From a virus: a DNA stretch of 64,000 nucleotides. A program made the translations under genes and the position numbers. Below, piece after piece: positions 26,524 through 38,083 of this stretch (position 1 is the first letter of the stretch; each line of letters opens with the position of its first letter). The notes under the pieces were generated by a model, which was not told where the DNA came from, made no database searches, and saw only the letters and a list, made by a program, of their open reading frames with translations. Location of the stretch: positions 9,134 to 73,133 of IMG/VR virus record IMGVR_UViG_3300037247_001096; one strand, 5' to 3'.

Positions 26524-27161
26524 AATTCAAGAGGAGGTGTAAGATGGAAACCTTAGGCAAGTTTGGGGAAGCAAAGACCCTAGGTGAGGGGCTAACCGTC
26601 TTCCCCTTTACGGACGGGAACTACTCCTACATCCGTATCCTGGGTGTCGTAGAGGGAAAACCCCTGAGCCTCACTATAGCCAACTACGCACCGCCTGGCA
26701 AGACGGGTGCCTTAGATGTAATAGTGGAGACTATCGCCGATGCCAAGGGCCTACTGGAGGAGATGGGGGGCTGCTTGGTGCGTTCCTCGCCCGGGAATAC
26801 GTACACGGATTGAAGTGGAGGTAGAGGATGAACGTTATCAACCCTTGCAGCTACAAGGGGGAGCACAAGGCTCATGACTGGAGAGGGGGCAGGTATGAGT
26901 TTCATTGTCGTGGTCTATCTACTCACGTCCTGGCTCTGGGCATGGGGGCTACTCTGGTTCCTTATCCAGCCACGGGGGAGGTAGTGGACTACCCCGTCCA
27001 CCGTGGGAAGCCGGAGCACCAGCGAGGGAGGAGTTGTCATGAACCCTTTTGCCTCTTAGTCTGGGCCGTCATTGACTTTAATATCGTGCTCAGTCTGCAA
27101 CTGACCAACGTGGCGAGGGAGCTGCTCTCGTGGCCCCTCGCACTCCAAGGAGGCACGCTTG

Positions 27162-27578
27162 ATGACCCGTCGAAGGAACCGCAGGCCAAGTCCCCCGAAC
27201 AGGAGGATGGTGCTGAAGTTCCTTCGCCTACGGGATAGGAATTGCCGATACTGCGGAGGGCCGGCGGAGGAGCAGGAGCATGTGGTACCACGGTGTAACG
27301 GCGGCGATGGTGCGGCGTTTACTAATCTGGTGATGTCCTGCAAGCGCTGCAACGCCGCAAAGGGCAGGGAGGCCGGGTTCACCATGAGGAGGAGCAGATT
27401 GTACTGGCACGGGCGCCTTGTCGCCCCGAAATCCATCTTCGGCGCCGAGCTCATGCGGGAGGTGGAGGCCCAGCGCCGGGCCAGGCAGCTTGCGCAAGGA
27501 CTGGGTTACCTGGTAGACTTCAAGAAGAGGAACGAGGAGAGAGTTCAGGAGGTGCATCATGACCAACCCTATCAGTAG
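27162..27578 (+). CDS. HNH endonuclease (McrA-like)
   Basis: RD..CRYCG...EHVVPRCNGG...NLVMSCKRCNAAKG. Confidence 0.9.
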   Translation: MTRRRNRRPSPPNRRMVLKFLRLRDRNCRYCGGPAEEQEHVVPRCNGGDGAAFTNLVMSCKRCNAAKGREAGFTMRRSRLYWHGRLVAPKSIFGAELMREVEAQRRARQLAQGLGYLVDFKKRNEERVQEVHHDQPYQ

Positions 27579-28032
27579 GTTCTTTGGCGGGCGACCACAG
27601 ACAACAGTCCAGGGGGTAGGCGCTGCTAGTCCGGCCCCACCCGTCCCGTCCCGAGTCGACACCTGTACCAAGTGCTATGGGTACTTCCGGGTGGATTCCC
27701 TGAAGCCTTTCTACCGAGGTACAGTTCTCTTCACTGGGGAGGGTGCCGACATTTACAGGCCCCACTTCGAGACGGCCTATTACTGCCAGAGATGCGAGCC
27801 GGTCGCCCCTATCGTGTTTGTCCTACAGGACTCCAAGGGGGAGGAACTGGAGACGCGGTGCCTCACGGTGGAGCACGGGTGGTTCCAGGACGTGGATAAA
27901 GAGAGCGGCGAAGACCGCTACACCGTATCCCTCGAAGATTACAACCACACCTTCTGCATGAATTGTGGTCAGCGCATCGAGGAGACGGAGTGTCAGGAGC
28001 ACCGCCCTTCGGCCAAGAAGGAAAAGAAGTAA
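27559..28032 (+). CDS. Cys-rich hypothetical protein
   Basis: GGAGGTGCATC-ATG start and three CxxC pairs. Confidence 0.7.
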   Translation: MTNPISRFFGGRPQTTVQGVGAASPAPPVPSRVDTCTKCYGYFRVDSLKPFYRGTVLFTGEGADIYRPHFETAYYCQRCEPVAPIVFVLQDSKGEELETRCLTVEHGWFQDVDKESGEDRYTVSLEDYNHTFCMNCGQRIEETECQEHRPSAKKEKK

Positions 28033-28167
28033 CCATAAGAGGAGGCATATCATGACTGACGAGATTCCCTCGACCGGCCCCTGCATCGTCTGCAAAGAGG
28101 AGCCCAGCGACGAGAACCTCTGCTACGGGTGCAAAGCGCTTGTCTGCGACGACTGTTATCTGAGTGA

Positions 28168-28509
28168 CATCTTCAGGTTCACCCACCGTCCAGAAGAGCA
28201 CATTGCCCTCACTGCCAGGAATTAAGTCGTGAGCGAAATCGAAAGTACCGGCGACGTATCCGAGCACAGGTCATTGGGCACTACGGAGCCAGGTGTGTCT
28301 GCTGTGGGGAGGAACGGAACGAGTTTCTCACCGTTGACCATATTGAGGGGGGTGGACTCGCTGACCGGAAGCGGGCCTCTAGTTGGTATTGGTATGTCAA
28401 TATTATAAGGGAGGGCTTCCCTGATAATCTACGGTTGCTGTGTTGGAACTGCAACTGTGCACTTGGAAAATATGGTTACTGTCCCCACCAGAGGGAGGTA
28501 CAATCATAA
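28168..28509 (+). pseudogene. HNH-like endonuclease frame with no usable start codon
   Basis: Manual translation gives HCPHC...YGARCVCCGEERNEFLTVDHIEGGG...LRLLCWNCNCALGKYGYCPH, a paralog of 39431..39967. There is an upstream TGA at 28165. Confidence 0.7.
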
Positions 28510-28859
28510 AAGCTCTGACAATCTCCGACGGTGGGTATCGCTTTCAGCTCCTCCTGCGTGGGGACGTAGACCTGCCGGCCGTCACCATCCGAGAGGAGCC
28601 GGCCCACATGCAGTTTATTTCCTGGTGGAGGGGCCAGTGCAAACAGCGGAGCATTGCCTACGTCTACCGAGTTGCGGAGCCTCAAGGAATCCGCATCGTG
28701 CAGAACCTACTAAAGAAGCACACATTCGAGGAGCTCCAGCAATTGTCCAACCACTTCTTCCTTGATTATGGTGAGCGGCTGCGCTCTGACGCCCGCCATT
28801 TCTCTATTTTCGCTAGCCTGGTGGAGACACTGAAGGGAGAGCTCCGTGACCGAGCCTAG
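28503..28859 (+). CDS. Hypothetical protein, probably with a non-canonical ATC/ATA start
   Basis: GGAGGT-aca-ATC-ATA-AAA; the ORF track starts at GTG 28440, inside the HNH frame. Confidence 0.55.
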   Translation: MIKALTISDGGYRFQLLLRGDVDLPAVTIREEPAHMQFISWWRGQCKQRSIAYVYRVAEPQGIRIVQNLLKKHTFEELQQLSNHFFLDYGERLRSDARHFSIFASLVETLKGELRDRA

Positions 28860-30129
28860 AGAGCTTACAGACAGCACCAAGAAGGCTAAGGCGCTGCTAG
28901 CCGCGGCGAGCAAGCCCTGTAGCTTCGCGCAGGGGTATGGCCCGTGCCTGCATCAGGAGAGGGCTAAGGAAGACCTCGCCGCCCTCGCCCCCGACATCCT
29001 CGCCTGGGCCATCTCAGTGGTGGAGGTGCTGGAGGATGCCGATTGCGCCTACGATCACGCAACCTACTACCATCCTGGTAGGGACTGCCTTGAGTTTAGG
29101 TTTTGTGATGTCATGTGTTCGCGCTGCAAGGCCCTCGCCGCCTGGGCCGAGCTAGAAAGGAAGATGCCATGCGTGGGGAGAACAGCCCGACGACAGCGAA
29201 GGAGAGGTGCTGGTGGCTAGCTTGGGCGGAGGAGGGAGTCGATGGCGTTGAGGGCTGCCACGATGAGATGTTCCTTCGCCTCATCGCCGACGTAGACCGC
29301 CAGACCTTGCTGGTGGAGGGGCTGGTCGGGGCGCTGGAGGCAATGGTGCTGGCTGATTGCAAGACTGCATATCCAGAAGACCATGCGATCTATCCTGCCC
29401 GTCGCAGGGCCGATGCCCTCCTCCACAGCGTCCGCAAGGCCCAGAGGAAGGAGAAGGCATGAAAGAGCAACACGACGACCGTACTCACGGCCACGGAGGG
29501 CCGATCAGCGGCGTCTCTGAGCCGCACAGTCACCCGGAGCCCCCGCATCACCATCCAGCCAAGCCCGACTCCGGCGACATCCTGCGCGACCTGATAGCAG
29601 CGGCCGGCAACCCGTGCAGCCAAATATGTGCTGATGAAGAACGTGAGGGCTTTCCACCATGCGTCAAGATGAGCAGGGCCAAGACCCGCCTCGCCGCCCT
29701 CGCTAAGCACCTAGGCCCGCTGCGGGAGGGGTTGAAACCCGTGACGACGAGCGCACATCAGCAGACACCGCAGGGTCGCTGGGTGGTCTCTCTCACGGCT
29801 GAGGAGTGGGAACATCTCTGCGCCGCCAAGGACGCCCTGGACGTGGCGCTGCTAGAGGGACTAAAAGCATGAGTAATTTCTTTCGTAGATTCTGGCCCTG
29901 GCCAAAGGTTTTGGCCACAAAAGATCAGCGTATTGATGCCCTTACCTTTGCCGTCATACGCGGGGAGATGACGATTCAAGAACTACAGGTAAAGGTAATA
30001 GAGCAGAAGAACATCATCGGGAATCTTGAATTGGAAGGCAGAAGACAGAAACGGGCCCTTACGGAACGCTTAACCCCCTACTTAGGTTGGGACGAGTTAC
30101 ATGCGGAATTGAACCGCGAGTAACACTCT

Positions 30130-31422
30130 ATGACGGGGGTATTTTGGTGCGTGTCCCTAGTGCTGACCGACGAGGCATTCCTCGTTAAGTGGCACCACGC
30201 CCTGGTACCAGAATCTCTGTCGAGAGGGCCGCTACGTTTCCTCATGGCGGCCGCCCTCGAACACTGGGATTTGTATGGGAGGCGGATGGACTGGCCGTCG
30301 TTCCTGTACTGGGTAGATAACGGGGTGGAAGACCCAGACCTCCACGAAGAGTACCGCCAGATGTACTTAGACATCACCACTGCCTACGCCGTTACCGACA
30401 GCAGCCGCCCCACCGCCTGGGCTGCGGCTGAGGAGTGGGTGCAGAGCTACCACGTGGGTATGGCGCTTGACCGTGCCCGGGCTGCCCTCGTCGCCGGCGA
30501 CCGGGGTGGCGCCTTTTCCGAGCTCCTAGGGCTGCGGGAGGTGACGGGAGAGGAGAAGGCCGCCCCACCCATCAGCCTGGCGGACGCTCGTCTCGGTGAG
30601 CTGCTGAGGGCACGCCCCCAGGAGGAGGATGCCTGTCCTACGGGCATCGCCAAGGTGGACGAGCTCTGGGAGGGAGGTGTCTACCCGGGCGACCTGGCGG
30701 TGGTCGCAGCCGACACGAACGTGGGGAAGTCTCAGGTGCTATGCTACCTCGCCTCCTCTGCCTACTTCCACAACAAAAGAGTCCTCTACTATACATTTGA
30801 GCTCACCCAGACGCAGGTGGCGGAGCGAGTACTGACCGCTCTCTTCGAGTGCCCGAAGCAGGAACTGAATCCCGCCACCATAGTTGACGACCTGATGCGG
30901 TTCCGGGAGCGAAAGCAGATTGACAAGGGTTCCCTCGTCATTGACGATGGCGCCGCTATCCGCACTGTCGCCGACCTGGGGCGCCGGCTGGCGGAGGAGG
31001 ACATTGACCTGGTGCTTCTCGACTCGGCGGACGACCTCCAGCCAAGCAGGAACTACACCAAAGCGTATGAGGGTTTTGAAGAACTCTATCGTGACCTGCG
31101 GATTAATATCTGCCAGGGCCTGGAGCTACCAGTCTGGACATCGGTTCAGCTCAATCGTGACGCCGTAGAGAAGGCGAAGGTCAGCCTGAAGCATATGGGT
31201 GGTTCCTATGCCAAGGCCCAACGCCCACATCTCGTCCTCGGCATGAGCCAGACGCCCGACGAGCGGGACTTCGATCTGGGGCCACTCGTGAAGTTGCACA
31301 TACTCAAGGACACCATCCACGGTTCTAAGGGTAAGTGGTTCCGGCACCTGACGATGTTCGGCCGGGGGAGTAGAGGGTGGCCGGGATTCAGTTACTATCC
31401 CGACTGGGAGGATTTATCATGA
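30130..31422 (+). CDS. DnaB-like replicative helicase
   Basis: PTGI..VD...GG..PGDL, Walker A ADTNVGKS, YYTFE, LLDSAD, VWTSVQLNR. Confidence 0.92.
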   Translation: MTGVFWCVSLVLTDEAFLVKWHHALVPESLSRGPLRFLMAAALEHWDLYGRRMDWPSFLYWVDNGVEDPDLHEEYRQMYLDITTAYAVTDSSRPTAWAAAEEWVQSYHVGMALDRARAALVAGDRGGAFSELLGLREVTGEEKAAPPISLADARLGELLRARPQEEDACPTGIAKVDELWEGGVYPGDLAVVAADTNVGKSQVLCYLASSAYFHNKRVLYYTFELTQTQVAERVLTALFECPKQELNPATIVDDLMRFRERKQIDKGSLVIDDGAAIRTVADLGRRLAEEDIDLVLLDSADDLQPSRNYTKAYEGFEELYRDLRINICQGLELPVWTSVQLNRDAVEKAKVSLKHMGGSYAKAQRPHLVLGMSQTPDERDFDLGPLVKLHILKDTIHGSKGKWFRHLTMFGRGSRGWPGFSYYPDWEDLS

Positions 31423-31624
31423 CAAAATGGACAGTTGCCGAGGTACACCCAGGTCAGCTATACGAGTCAACCGACCCACGTGATGGCGGGCGCCGCGTTG
31501 AGGTTACGGAGATATTTGCTGGAGAGGTGGCAGTACGAAACATTCGCACAGGGCGAACAAGCTACATCCGCAAACAGAACCTTTGCTCAACGCTAGGCAA
31601 TCGGGGGTGGCGCCGGGTAGGTCG

Positions 31625-32581
31625 ATGAATACAAAGAAGCTGATCGCCGTTCTGGAAGACCACGGGTTCCACGTCTACCTTGCTGAGGGGGGCACTGAGT
31701 TGGTCATCGCCTGTCCCTTGTGTTTCGATGAGAAGCAGAAGCTCTACATCAGTGCCGCCACAGCCGCCTGGATTTGTTTTCGCTGCAATTCTCGTGGTGG
31801 GCTCCACTCCCTACTCCTGGAGGTGTGCGAGCTGTCACCTAATGAAGCGTATCCGATGGAGATGGCGCTCCTGGAGGGGAAGAAGCAGCGCCCTGCGCTC
31901 ATCGTCTCCAGGCCGGCGCCGGCCTCTACCATCGAGCTGCCCCCTGGCTTCATGCCCGACCAGGGAGACGGCCTTGCGGCCTGCTATCTCCAACACCGAT
32001 GTCTGGATGGCGACTGGGCACCAGAGTTGGGGATTGGTTACTGCCTCGTTGGATACTACCATCATCGTGTAATCGTGCCGGTCGTGACGCAGGGGGCGCT
32101 CCGTACCTTCGTCGCCCGCACCTGGTTGGAGGACGAGCCAAAGAAAGTATTGATGCCACCCGGCAGCCAGGCCGAGCGTGCGTTGTTTGGGTACGATAAC
32201 CTAGTCGGTGGGGAGACCGTCATCCTATGCGAAGGAGTATTTGACACCCTACGGATGTGGGCGGCAGGCTACCGTGAGGCCGTGGCCACCCTAGGCGCTC
32301 ATGTCACCGAGCTCCAGCGCAATCTAGTGAAACGTCTTGCCCCTAGGAGCGTTGTTCTTCTTAGAGACGCTGATGAGGCCGGCCGGGAGTCGGCCATCAA
32401 GGACGCCAAGGCGCTGAGTGAGGCGATGCTGAACGTGTCGATAGCAAACCTCCCCAACGGTACCGACCCGGGGTCTGCATCGCCGGTACAAATCAGGCGG
32501 GCACTTGACGAAGCCCGGCCGGTTGAGTTACAGTTAGGAATCGAGGCTTTGAAGGAGGCGCATCATGGCAGGAAAGACTAA
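31625..32581 (+). CDS. DNA primase (zinc finger + TOPRIM)
   Basis: CPLC...CFRC, CEGVFD, D.DEAG, DP. Confidence 0.92.
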   Translation: MNTKKLIAVLEDHGFHVYLAEGGTELVIACPLCFDEKQKLYISAATAAWICFRCNSRGGLHSLLLEVCELSPNEAYPMEMALLEGKKQRPALIVSRPAPASTIELPPGFMPDQGDGLAACYLQHRCLDGDWAPELGIGYCLVGYYHHRVIVPVVTQGALRTFVARTWLEDEPKKVLMPPGSQAERALFGYDNLVGGETVILCEGVFDTLRMWAAGYREAVATLGAHVTELQRNLVKRLAPRSVVLLRDADEAGRESAIKDAKALSEAMLNVSIANLPNGTDPGSASPVQIRRALDEARPVELQLGIEALKEAHHGRKD

Positions 32582-32703
32582 AGGAGTTATCGTCATCGAG
32601 GGAGGGTCAATAGAGGAAGTAGAAGCAGTGATCTCAGCAGCGGAGAAGGCCGTTGGGAAGCTGCCAAAGGTTTCTCTAACCATCTACAACTAGGAGGTGC
32701 ATC

Positions 32704-33702
32704 ATGGCAAAGACTAAGAGCGACTTGAGTGGGTGGGCATCGGACATCGACAGCGAGGCGACCCGTGCTCTCATCGCACAGATCGCAGAGGAGGGGGAGA
32801 AGAAGCCCTGGGATAAGTTAGAGTCCGACCCTAAGAAGTTCATTGCGAACTACCGACGCATCTGTCCGAAGCGACCAGAGTGGCCAAACCCCTATCAAAT
32901 CTTTCCCGTCCATTATCTCGGGCCAAACAGTAGGCTGGTGATCTGCCTCAAAGAGGCAGGCATAGGCGAGTGCCCCGCCTGTGTACTCCGCTGGCAGCTC
33001 CACGAAGCCAAGGCTGAGGCAGAAGCGCGTGGCCTCCGAGCGTCAATCCGCACATTCCTCAACGTCGTGCGCCTCGACAAAGAGGGGAACATCGCCGAGG
33101 ACAAGGTGTTCCTACTGGGGCTGAACCAGCTCCAGTTCCTGGGCAAGAGGGGCGTCGAGTACGACTCAGACGAGGAGTCCGAGCTGCCGTTGTTCAACTT
33201 CTTTGAGAAGTATGGCGACCTCTCCCACGTGGAGACCGGCCGCGACCTGCTCATCAAGGCCAAAGACGACAAGCAGGGGGACTACAACGTACAGAAGCTC
33301 AAGTTCTCGGTCGCTGACCCGAGCCCCTTCCCCGGCACCAGCGAGTTGCTGGAGGAGAACCTGGTCGACCTACCAACAGTGGTGACCGCAATGGAACCGA
33401 CTGAGATGGTAGCCACTATCGAGGGGCGGGCCACCGGCGCCATGCAGCTCGCTGCACCAGGTACGGCGCCGGCAGCACAGCTCCCGGCACCGACCGAGGC
33501 GCCGGCCAAGGCGAGCCGCTTTGGTGGGGCGGAGGATGAAGAGGAAGCTACGGAACCCGAGGCGTCGAGAGAGGAGCCTGCTGCCGAACAGCCGGCCGAG
33601 GCGGGTGAAAAGGAGGATGCTCGCGCAGCGGCGCAGCCTCCCAAGACCGACCCGGCCGCCGCTATCGAGCGGCTTCGCAAGAACCAGGGCAACGGGAGCT
33701 AA
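32704..33702 (+). CDS. Single-stranded DNA-binding protein (T4 gp32-like)
   Basis: HY...C....CPAC zinc site, 'ETGRDLLI.' motif and an acidic C-terminal tail. Confidence 0.75.
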   Translation: MAKTKSDLSGWASDIDSEATRALIAQIAEEGEKKPWDKLESDPKKFIANYRRICPKRPEWPNPYQIFPVHYLGPNSRLVICLKEAGIGECPACVLRWQLHEAKAEAEARGLRASIRTFLNVVRLDKEGNIAEDKVFLLGLNQLQFLGKRGVEYDSDEESELPLFNFFEKYGDLSHVETGRDLLIKAKDDKQGDYNVQKLKFSVADPSPFPGTSELLEENLVDLPTVVTAMEPTEMVATIEGRATGAMQLAAPGTAPAAQLPAPTEAPAKASRFGGAEDEEEATEPEASREEPAAEQPAEAGEKEDARAAAQPPKTDPAAAIERLRKNQGNGS

Positions 33703-33857
33703 ACGATGAGTTATCTGAAGATACGCTCTGGTACCTGCTCTAAGTGTGGTTTCGACGGTCTCCCCCCGAAGTACGTTAGGGGGATTCGCCCATCGTTGGA
33801 GTTTCGATGTCCCTGCGGGTTTACCTGGCAGGAACCCACTAACGACAGCGTAAACAG

Positions 33858-34898
33858 ATGAGTGACCCCCAGGCTGTAGTCAAGCGTCTACAGAAGGACG
33901 CCGACCTAACTGTTCAAGTTGGGCGGGACGGCCCCATCATGGCCGAGCCCACGGGATACGTGTCGACGAGGTGCCCCATGCTGGACTACCTCATAGGCAA
34001 GCCCGGCGTCCCCCTTGGGGGTATCACTCTACTAGTAGGCGCTTACGGGTCTGGGAAGAGCACCATCGTCTTGAGCATCCTGGCGGAGATGCAGGCCCAA
34101 GGGGGGCGGGCCGTCATCTTTGACACCGAGGGGCGCCTTAATTTTCCTCGTGCGGAGAAGTTGGGCGTCAATGTGGATGAACTTATTGTCGCCCAGCCCG
34201 ACACTTTGGAGGAAGCCTTCGACGGGGTGAAGCAGATGATTCACGTCGCGCGGGAGGAGTTTGATGAGGACGAGCAAATCGTCATCGCCCTCGACTCCAT
34301 CGCCGGCGCTCCTATGGAGAAGGAAGTGAAGGGTGAGAAGATGGGGCTTGGCGCCCAGGCTGTCCTCATCAAGAGGGAGCTCCGGGTCATGAGTAACCTT
34401 GTGAACCGCCAGCGTATCGGCTTGGTCATTACATCGCAACCCCGGCAGAAGATTAACCTCGGCGCGTGGGGTGCTCCGGCCCCTAGTTGGTTGGGGGAAG
34501 ACCCCCTGGGCCACGCCGCAATGACCACCATCCGCCTGCAAGAGCAGAAGAAGTTTGGCCCCGACCCCGAGAGTCCTATCGGGCACCACATCCTAGCGAC
34601 GTTGGTGGATACCCGCATTGCTGGCTGCACCGTCCCCGAGTGTCAGACCTGCACCCGGAAGGACTTCAAGCGGACGTTCGACTTCTTCGACGCCACCGGC
34701 CCCGACTTCTTTGGGTCAGCCCTCGATGTGCTGATGGAGCAGAAGGTCATTTCTTACAGCGGTGGTTGGTACTCATATAAGGAGACGAAGTTTCGTCGAG
34801 ACGACTTCGAGGCTCAAGTGGAGAAAGACCCCTCCATCCTTGACGCCCTCGGGCAGATACTCCAAGGGGGACATCACGAAGAAGGGAAGAACACATGA
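33858..34898 (+). CDS. recA: RecA/UvsX-like recombinase
   Basis: GAYGSGKS, FDTE, QPDTLEEAF, LDSIA, GGWYSY. Confidence 0.9.
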   Translation: MSDPQAVVKRLQKDADLTVQVGRDGPIMAEPTGYVSTRCPMLDYLIGKPGVPLGGITLLVGAYGSGKSTIVLSILAEMQAQGGRAVIFDTEGRLNFPRAEKLGVNVDELIVAQPDTLEEAFDGVKQMIHVAREEFDEDEQIVIALDSIAGAPMEKEVKGEKMGLGAQAVLIKRELRVMSNLVNRQRIGLVITSQPRQKINLGAWGAPAPSWLGEDPLGHAAMTTIRLQEQKKFGPDPESPIGHHILATLVDTRIAGCTVPECQTCTRKDFKRTFDFFDATGPDFFGSALDVLMEQKVISYSGGWYSYKETKFRRDDFEAQVEKDPSILDALGQILQGGHHEEGKNT

Positions 34899-35379
34899 GC
34901 AATATCCAAGTCCACCAAGCCGACATAGAGACGGTGTGCCTTCGGTTCGCCCACGATTATTTTGGCCTCGCCTTCGACGAACTTGAAGACGAATACGAAG
35001 ATAGAGGTCTTACCATTGGGGGTGCACAAACCATTGAACTAACCGTGACCCCCGACATCGCACGCCAGTTGAGGGACGCTCTCAACCGGGAGCTAGAGGA
35101 TGATACGAACGCCTAGCTGTCAGTTCTACTCGTCGGCCGCGTCAAGCTGCCACCGCCGGCCCACCACCCACTACTATGGGAGTGTGGAGCGTGGCCCTAT
35201 GTGGTTGTGCGTGAACAAGCACCTCAAGGCGCAGGACAATCGTGACCGGGAGATGCGAGAGCAGGAAATGGATGCGATTCTTCGGGAGAAGATGATGGCT
35301 GACGGTATTCTCCTTCAGCAAATTACAGAGGTGGCCCTGAACATGCTGGAGCCCCACCCATGGAACGGCGAGGTATATC

Positions 35380-36366
35380 TTGATGCCTAGAGCCTACACC
35401 CCTCTGACCTCGATACGGATAGAAAACTTCCAAAGCATAAAGGCCGCCACCATCGAGCTCGGCCGGCTCACCGTTTTGGTTGGCGCCGGGGACGCGGGGA
35501 AGAGCGCCATCCTCCGTGCGTTGCGGGCAGCGTGCCTCAACGACGCTTCAGATGACGACATTCGTCATGGGCAGAAGAAGGTCGAGGTAACCCTCACTTT
35601 TGAGGATGGCGTTACTATTGAGTGGTGGAAGCAGAAAGGGCAGGGTGGGTGCTACCGCATGACGGACAGCGACCCCGAGCGAGTCTTCACCAAGACTGGG
35701 GGGGCCGTACCCGAGGAGATTGCTGAGTACCTAGGTATTGGTACCATCGAGGTCGACGCCACTACCGAGCTCACCCCACAACTAAGCGACCAACATGATT
35801 TGCCCTTCCTACTCTGGGAAACGGGTAGCAAACGTGCCCGCATCTTGGGGAAGGCCACTCGCCTAGATGTCCCCATCTCGGCTCAGATGCTGTGCAAGAA
35901 GGAACTTGACCAGACCCGACGGGGTGCAGAGGACGCCACCACCGCCCTCGTGGACGTAGAGGAGCGGCTCGGCGCTCTCCCTGACTACGAGAATTTGGAG
36001 GGTCGGCTGGATGAGACCGAGGCGAACCTCAAGACTATCGACGACAACCTCAGGCTCGTCCGCCGGGCTCGGGGGCTGGCTGACCAAATCGCGGAGGTGC
36101 GCTCCCGAGCTACGGCGGTCGACGTGGCGCCTCTGCGTGCCCGGCTGGACGACGCGGCCGAGGCGTTGGAAGTGGCAGAGCGGGCGCAGTTCCTAGGCCG
36201 GCGCATCCCCGAGCTAAAGAACACGCTCACAGGTTTGACCGAGCGTGCGGCCGACCACCAAGAGGCGCTTGAGAGCTTCCTCAAGCAGTACCAGGAGGCT
36301 TGTCTCTCCTCGGGCGTGTGCCTAGTCTGCGGCGGCCTGCTCACCCATGAGGAGTGTGGTGCATGA
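35380..36366 (+). CDS. Rad50/SbcC-like ATPase, N-terminal half
   Basis: IENFQS, G..DAGKSAILRAL, Q-loop, coiled coil and a terminal CLVCG zinc hook. Confidence 0.88.
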   Translation: MMPRAYTPLTSIRIENFQSIKAATIELGRLTVLVGAGDAGKSAILRALRAACLNDASDDDIRHGQKKVEVTLTFEDGVTIEWWKQKGQGGCYRMTDSDPERVFTKTGGAVPEEIAEYLGIGTIEVDATTELTPQLSDQHDLPFLLWETGSKRARILGKATRLDVPISAQMLCKKELDQTRRGAEDATTALVDVEERLGALPDYENLEGRLDETEANLKTIDDNLRLVRRARGLADQIAEVRSRATAVDVAPLRARLDDAAEALEVAERAQFLGRRIPELKNTLTGLTERAADHQEALESFLKQYQEACLSSGVCLVCGGLLTHEECGA

Positions 36367-37346
36367 ACATTCTATTCGCAGGCTGCCTTCACGCTGCCGA
36401 CCGAGCCCCCGCTGGTCGGGTGGATGACTACATGTTCACCATCATGGACAAGCTGGAGAACATCGCCCGTCTCTGCGAGGAGTACAAGTGCGCCGCCGCT
36501 TGTTTCGCCGGTGACATTTTTCACATCAAACAGTCGAATCGCGTAAGTGATGCCCTCCGCCAGCAGCTCATCACAGCCTTCAAACGCTTTCCGTGTGAGG
36601 TACTGGTTACTGTTGGGAATCACGACCTCGGCCCTGATGGAGTAGAGAGCCTGCCCCGCCAACCCCTAGGGACGCTGGACAAAGCCGGGGCTGTGAAAGT
36701 CCTCCTCAAGATGACTGATACGCGCCTTGGCTTCTGGCTCGTACCCCGTCCCTACAGCGCTGCTGCCGAGGGGGTGTACGACGGTCAGACTGACCCATCA
36801 TACTACTCCCTAACTGAGGAAGAACAGGTTCTCATCGCCAAGAATCCGGCCCCTGTCATCGGCCTGGCCCATGGCTCCCTGCTGGCCCCCGGCGACAGCC
36901 GCCAATACCCCTACGTGAACGTCGACAAGATACCCGGCCTCGATAAGTACGACTTACTTATCTCTGGCCACCTGCATGAGTGCTTGGGTGTGGTGCCGGT
37001 GGGCAAGACCCTGTTCGCCAACCCCGGGTCTATCGGGCGGACGCGGCGAGACATCGCCTCCTATGCCCGCACGGTGGAGGTGCTGGTGGTTGACGTTCAG
37101 AAGGACGGTGTGACTGTTAAGGAGGTGCCGCTCCCTGGCGTGGCGCCGGCACTAGAGGTATTCGGCCGGCGGGAGCCTGATGATGCACCCGACCTACCCG
37201 AGGACGACATCACGAAGTTTGTGGAAGTCCTGGGCGAGGGTCTTAGAGCCGACGAACTCTCCATTCCCGACTTGCTTGCGGAGCTGGGGGACATCGAACC
37301 AGCGGTGAGGGCTGAGGTACAGCGCCTTCTCGAAGAAGTTCAATGA
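36363..37346 (+). CDS. Mre11/SbcD-like nuclease
   Basis: GCLH (variant of DxH), GDIFH, GNHD, AHG, GHLH, NPGS. Confidence 0.9.
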   Translation: MNILFAGCLHAADRAPAGRVDDYMFTIMDKLENIARLCEEYKCAAACFAGDIFHIKQSNRVSDALRQQLITAFKRFPCEVLVTVGNHDLGPDGVESLPRQPLGTLDKAGAVKVLLKMTDTRLGFWLVPRPYSAAAEGVYDGQTDPSYYSLTEEEQVLIAKNPAPVIGLAHGSLLAPGDSRQYPYVNVDKIPGLDKYDLLISGHLHECLGVVPVGKTLFANPGSIGRTRRDIASYARTVEVLVVDVQKDGVTVKEVPLPGVAPALEVFGRREPDDAPDLPEDDITKFVEVLGEGLRADELSIPDLLAELGDIEPAVRAEVQRLLEEVQ

Positions 37347-37801
37347 TGCAGCAAAGAGACAGTCGGGGACGTTACGTGCAGAGACCGGTTCAGGACAGAT
37401 TCTGGGCTAAAGTCGACGCACACTCCGAAGGGGGCTGCTGGCTTTGGGTGGGTGCAAAGACACCTAATGGGTATGGTCAGATTTGGGTGAATGGCTCCTT
37501 GGTGCTGGCCCACCGTTGGTCTTACGAGACCCTAAGAGGCCCTATCCCTCCAGACAAGGAGCTCGACCATCTCTGTCGGACATCTGCTTGTGTCAATCCC
37601 TTCCACCTAGAGGCCGTTACCCACCAAGAAAATATGAGACGGGGGGATGCGGGTGACAACATGCTCAAGAAAACACACTGTCCACAGAGGCATCCCTACA
37701 GTCTCGCCAACACCTACCGGTGGCGTAATACTCGCCGCTGTAAAGTGTGTAAACGAAATCAGCTCCGGCAGTGGCGAAGGCAGCAAGAGGAGGCAGCATG
37801 A
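37343..37801 (+). CDS. HNH homing endonuclease
   Basis: RFWAKVD..CWLW.G...GYG...AHR...LDHLCR..CVNP.HLE.VT..EN, with a THC finger. Confidence 0.92.
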   Translation: MMQQRDSRGRYVQRPVQDRFWAKVDAHSEGGCWLWVGAKTPNGYGQIWVNGSLVLAHRWSYETLRGPIPPDKELDHLCRTSACVNPFHLEAVTHQENMRRGDAGDNMLKKTHCPQRHPYSLANTYRWRNTRRCKVCKRNQLRQWRRQQEEAA

Positions 37802-38083
37802 GTAGTATGACCTGTGAGTCCTGTCTATACGTAATGGTAGAGTGTGGTTGGTGTCAAGGGGACTTCTGTGCCGCGTGTCTGACTCCTTGTCCCCAGTGCG
37901 AATTGGATGTCTGCGTCGTCTGTGCGGGGCAAGACCACGACCACGTGAAGGCAGAGGAGGTGTCGTAATGAAGGCGAAGAAAGACCGGTACGCAGAGTTG
38001 GAGCAGATGAGTAAAGACCAGCTCATAGGTATCATTTGGTTGTTGGAGCAGACCCTTGTGAAGATGGCGAGGGTGGCCGAGTC

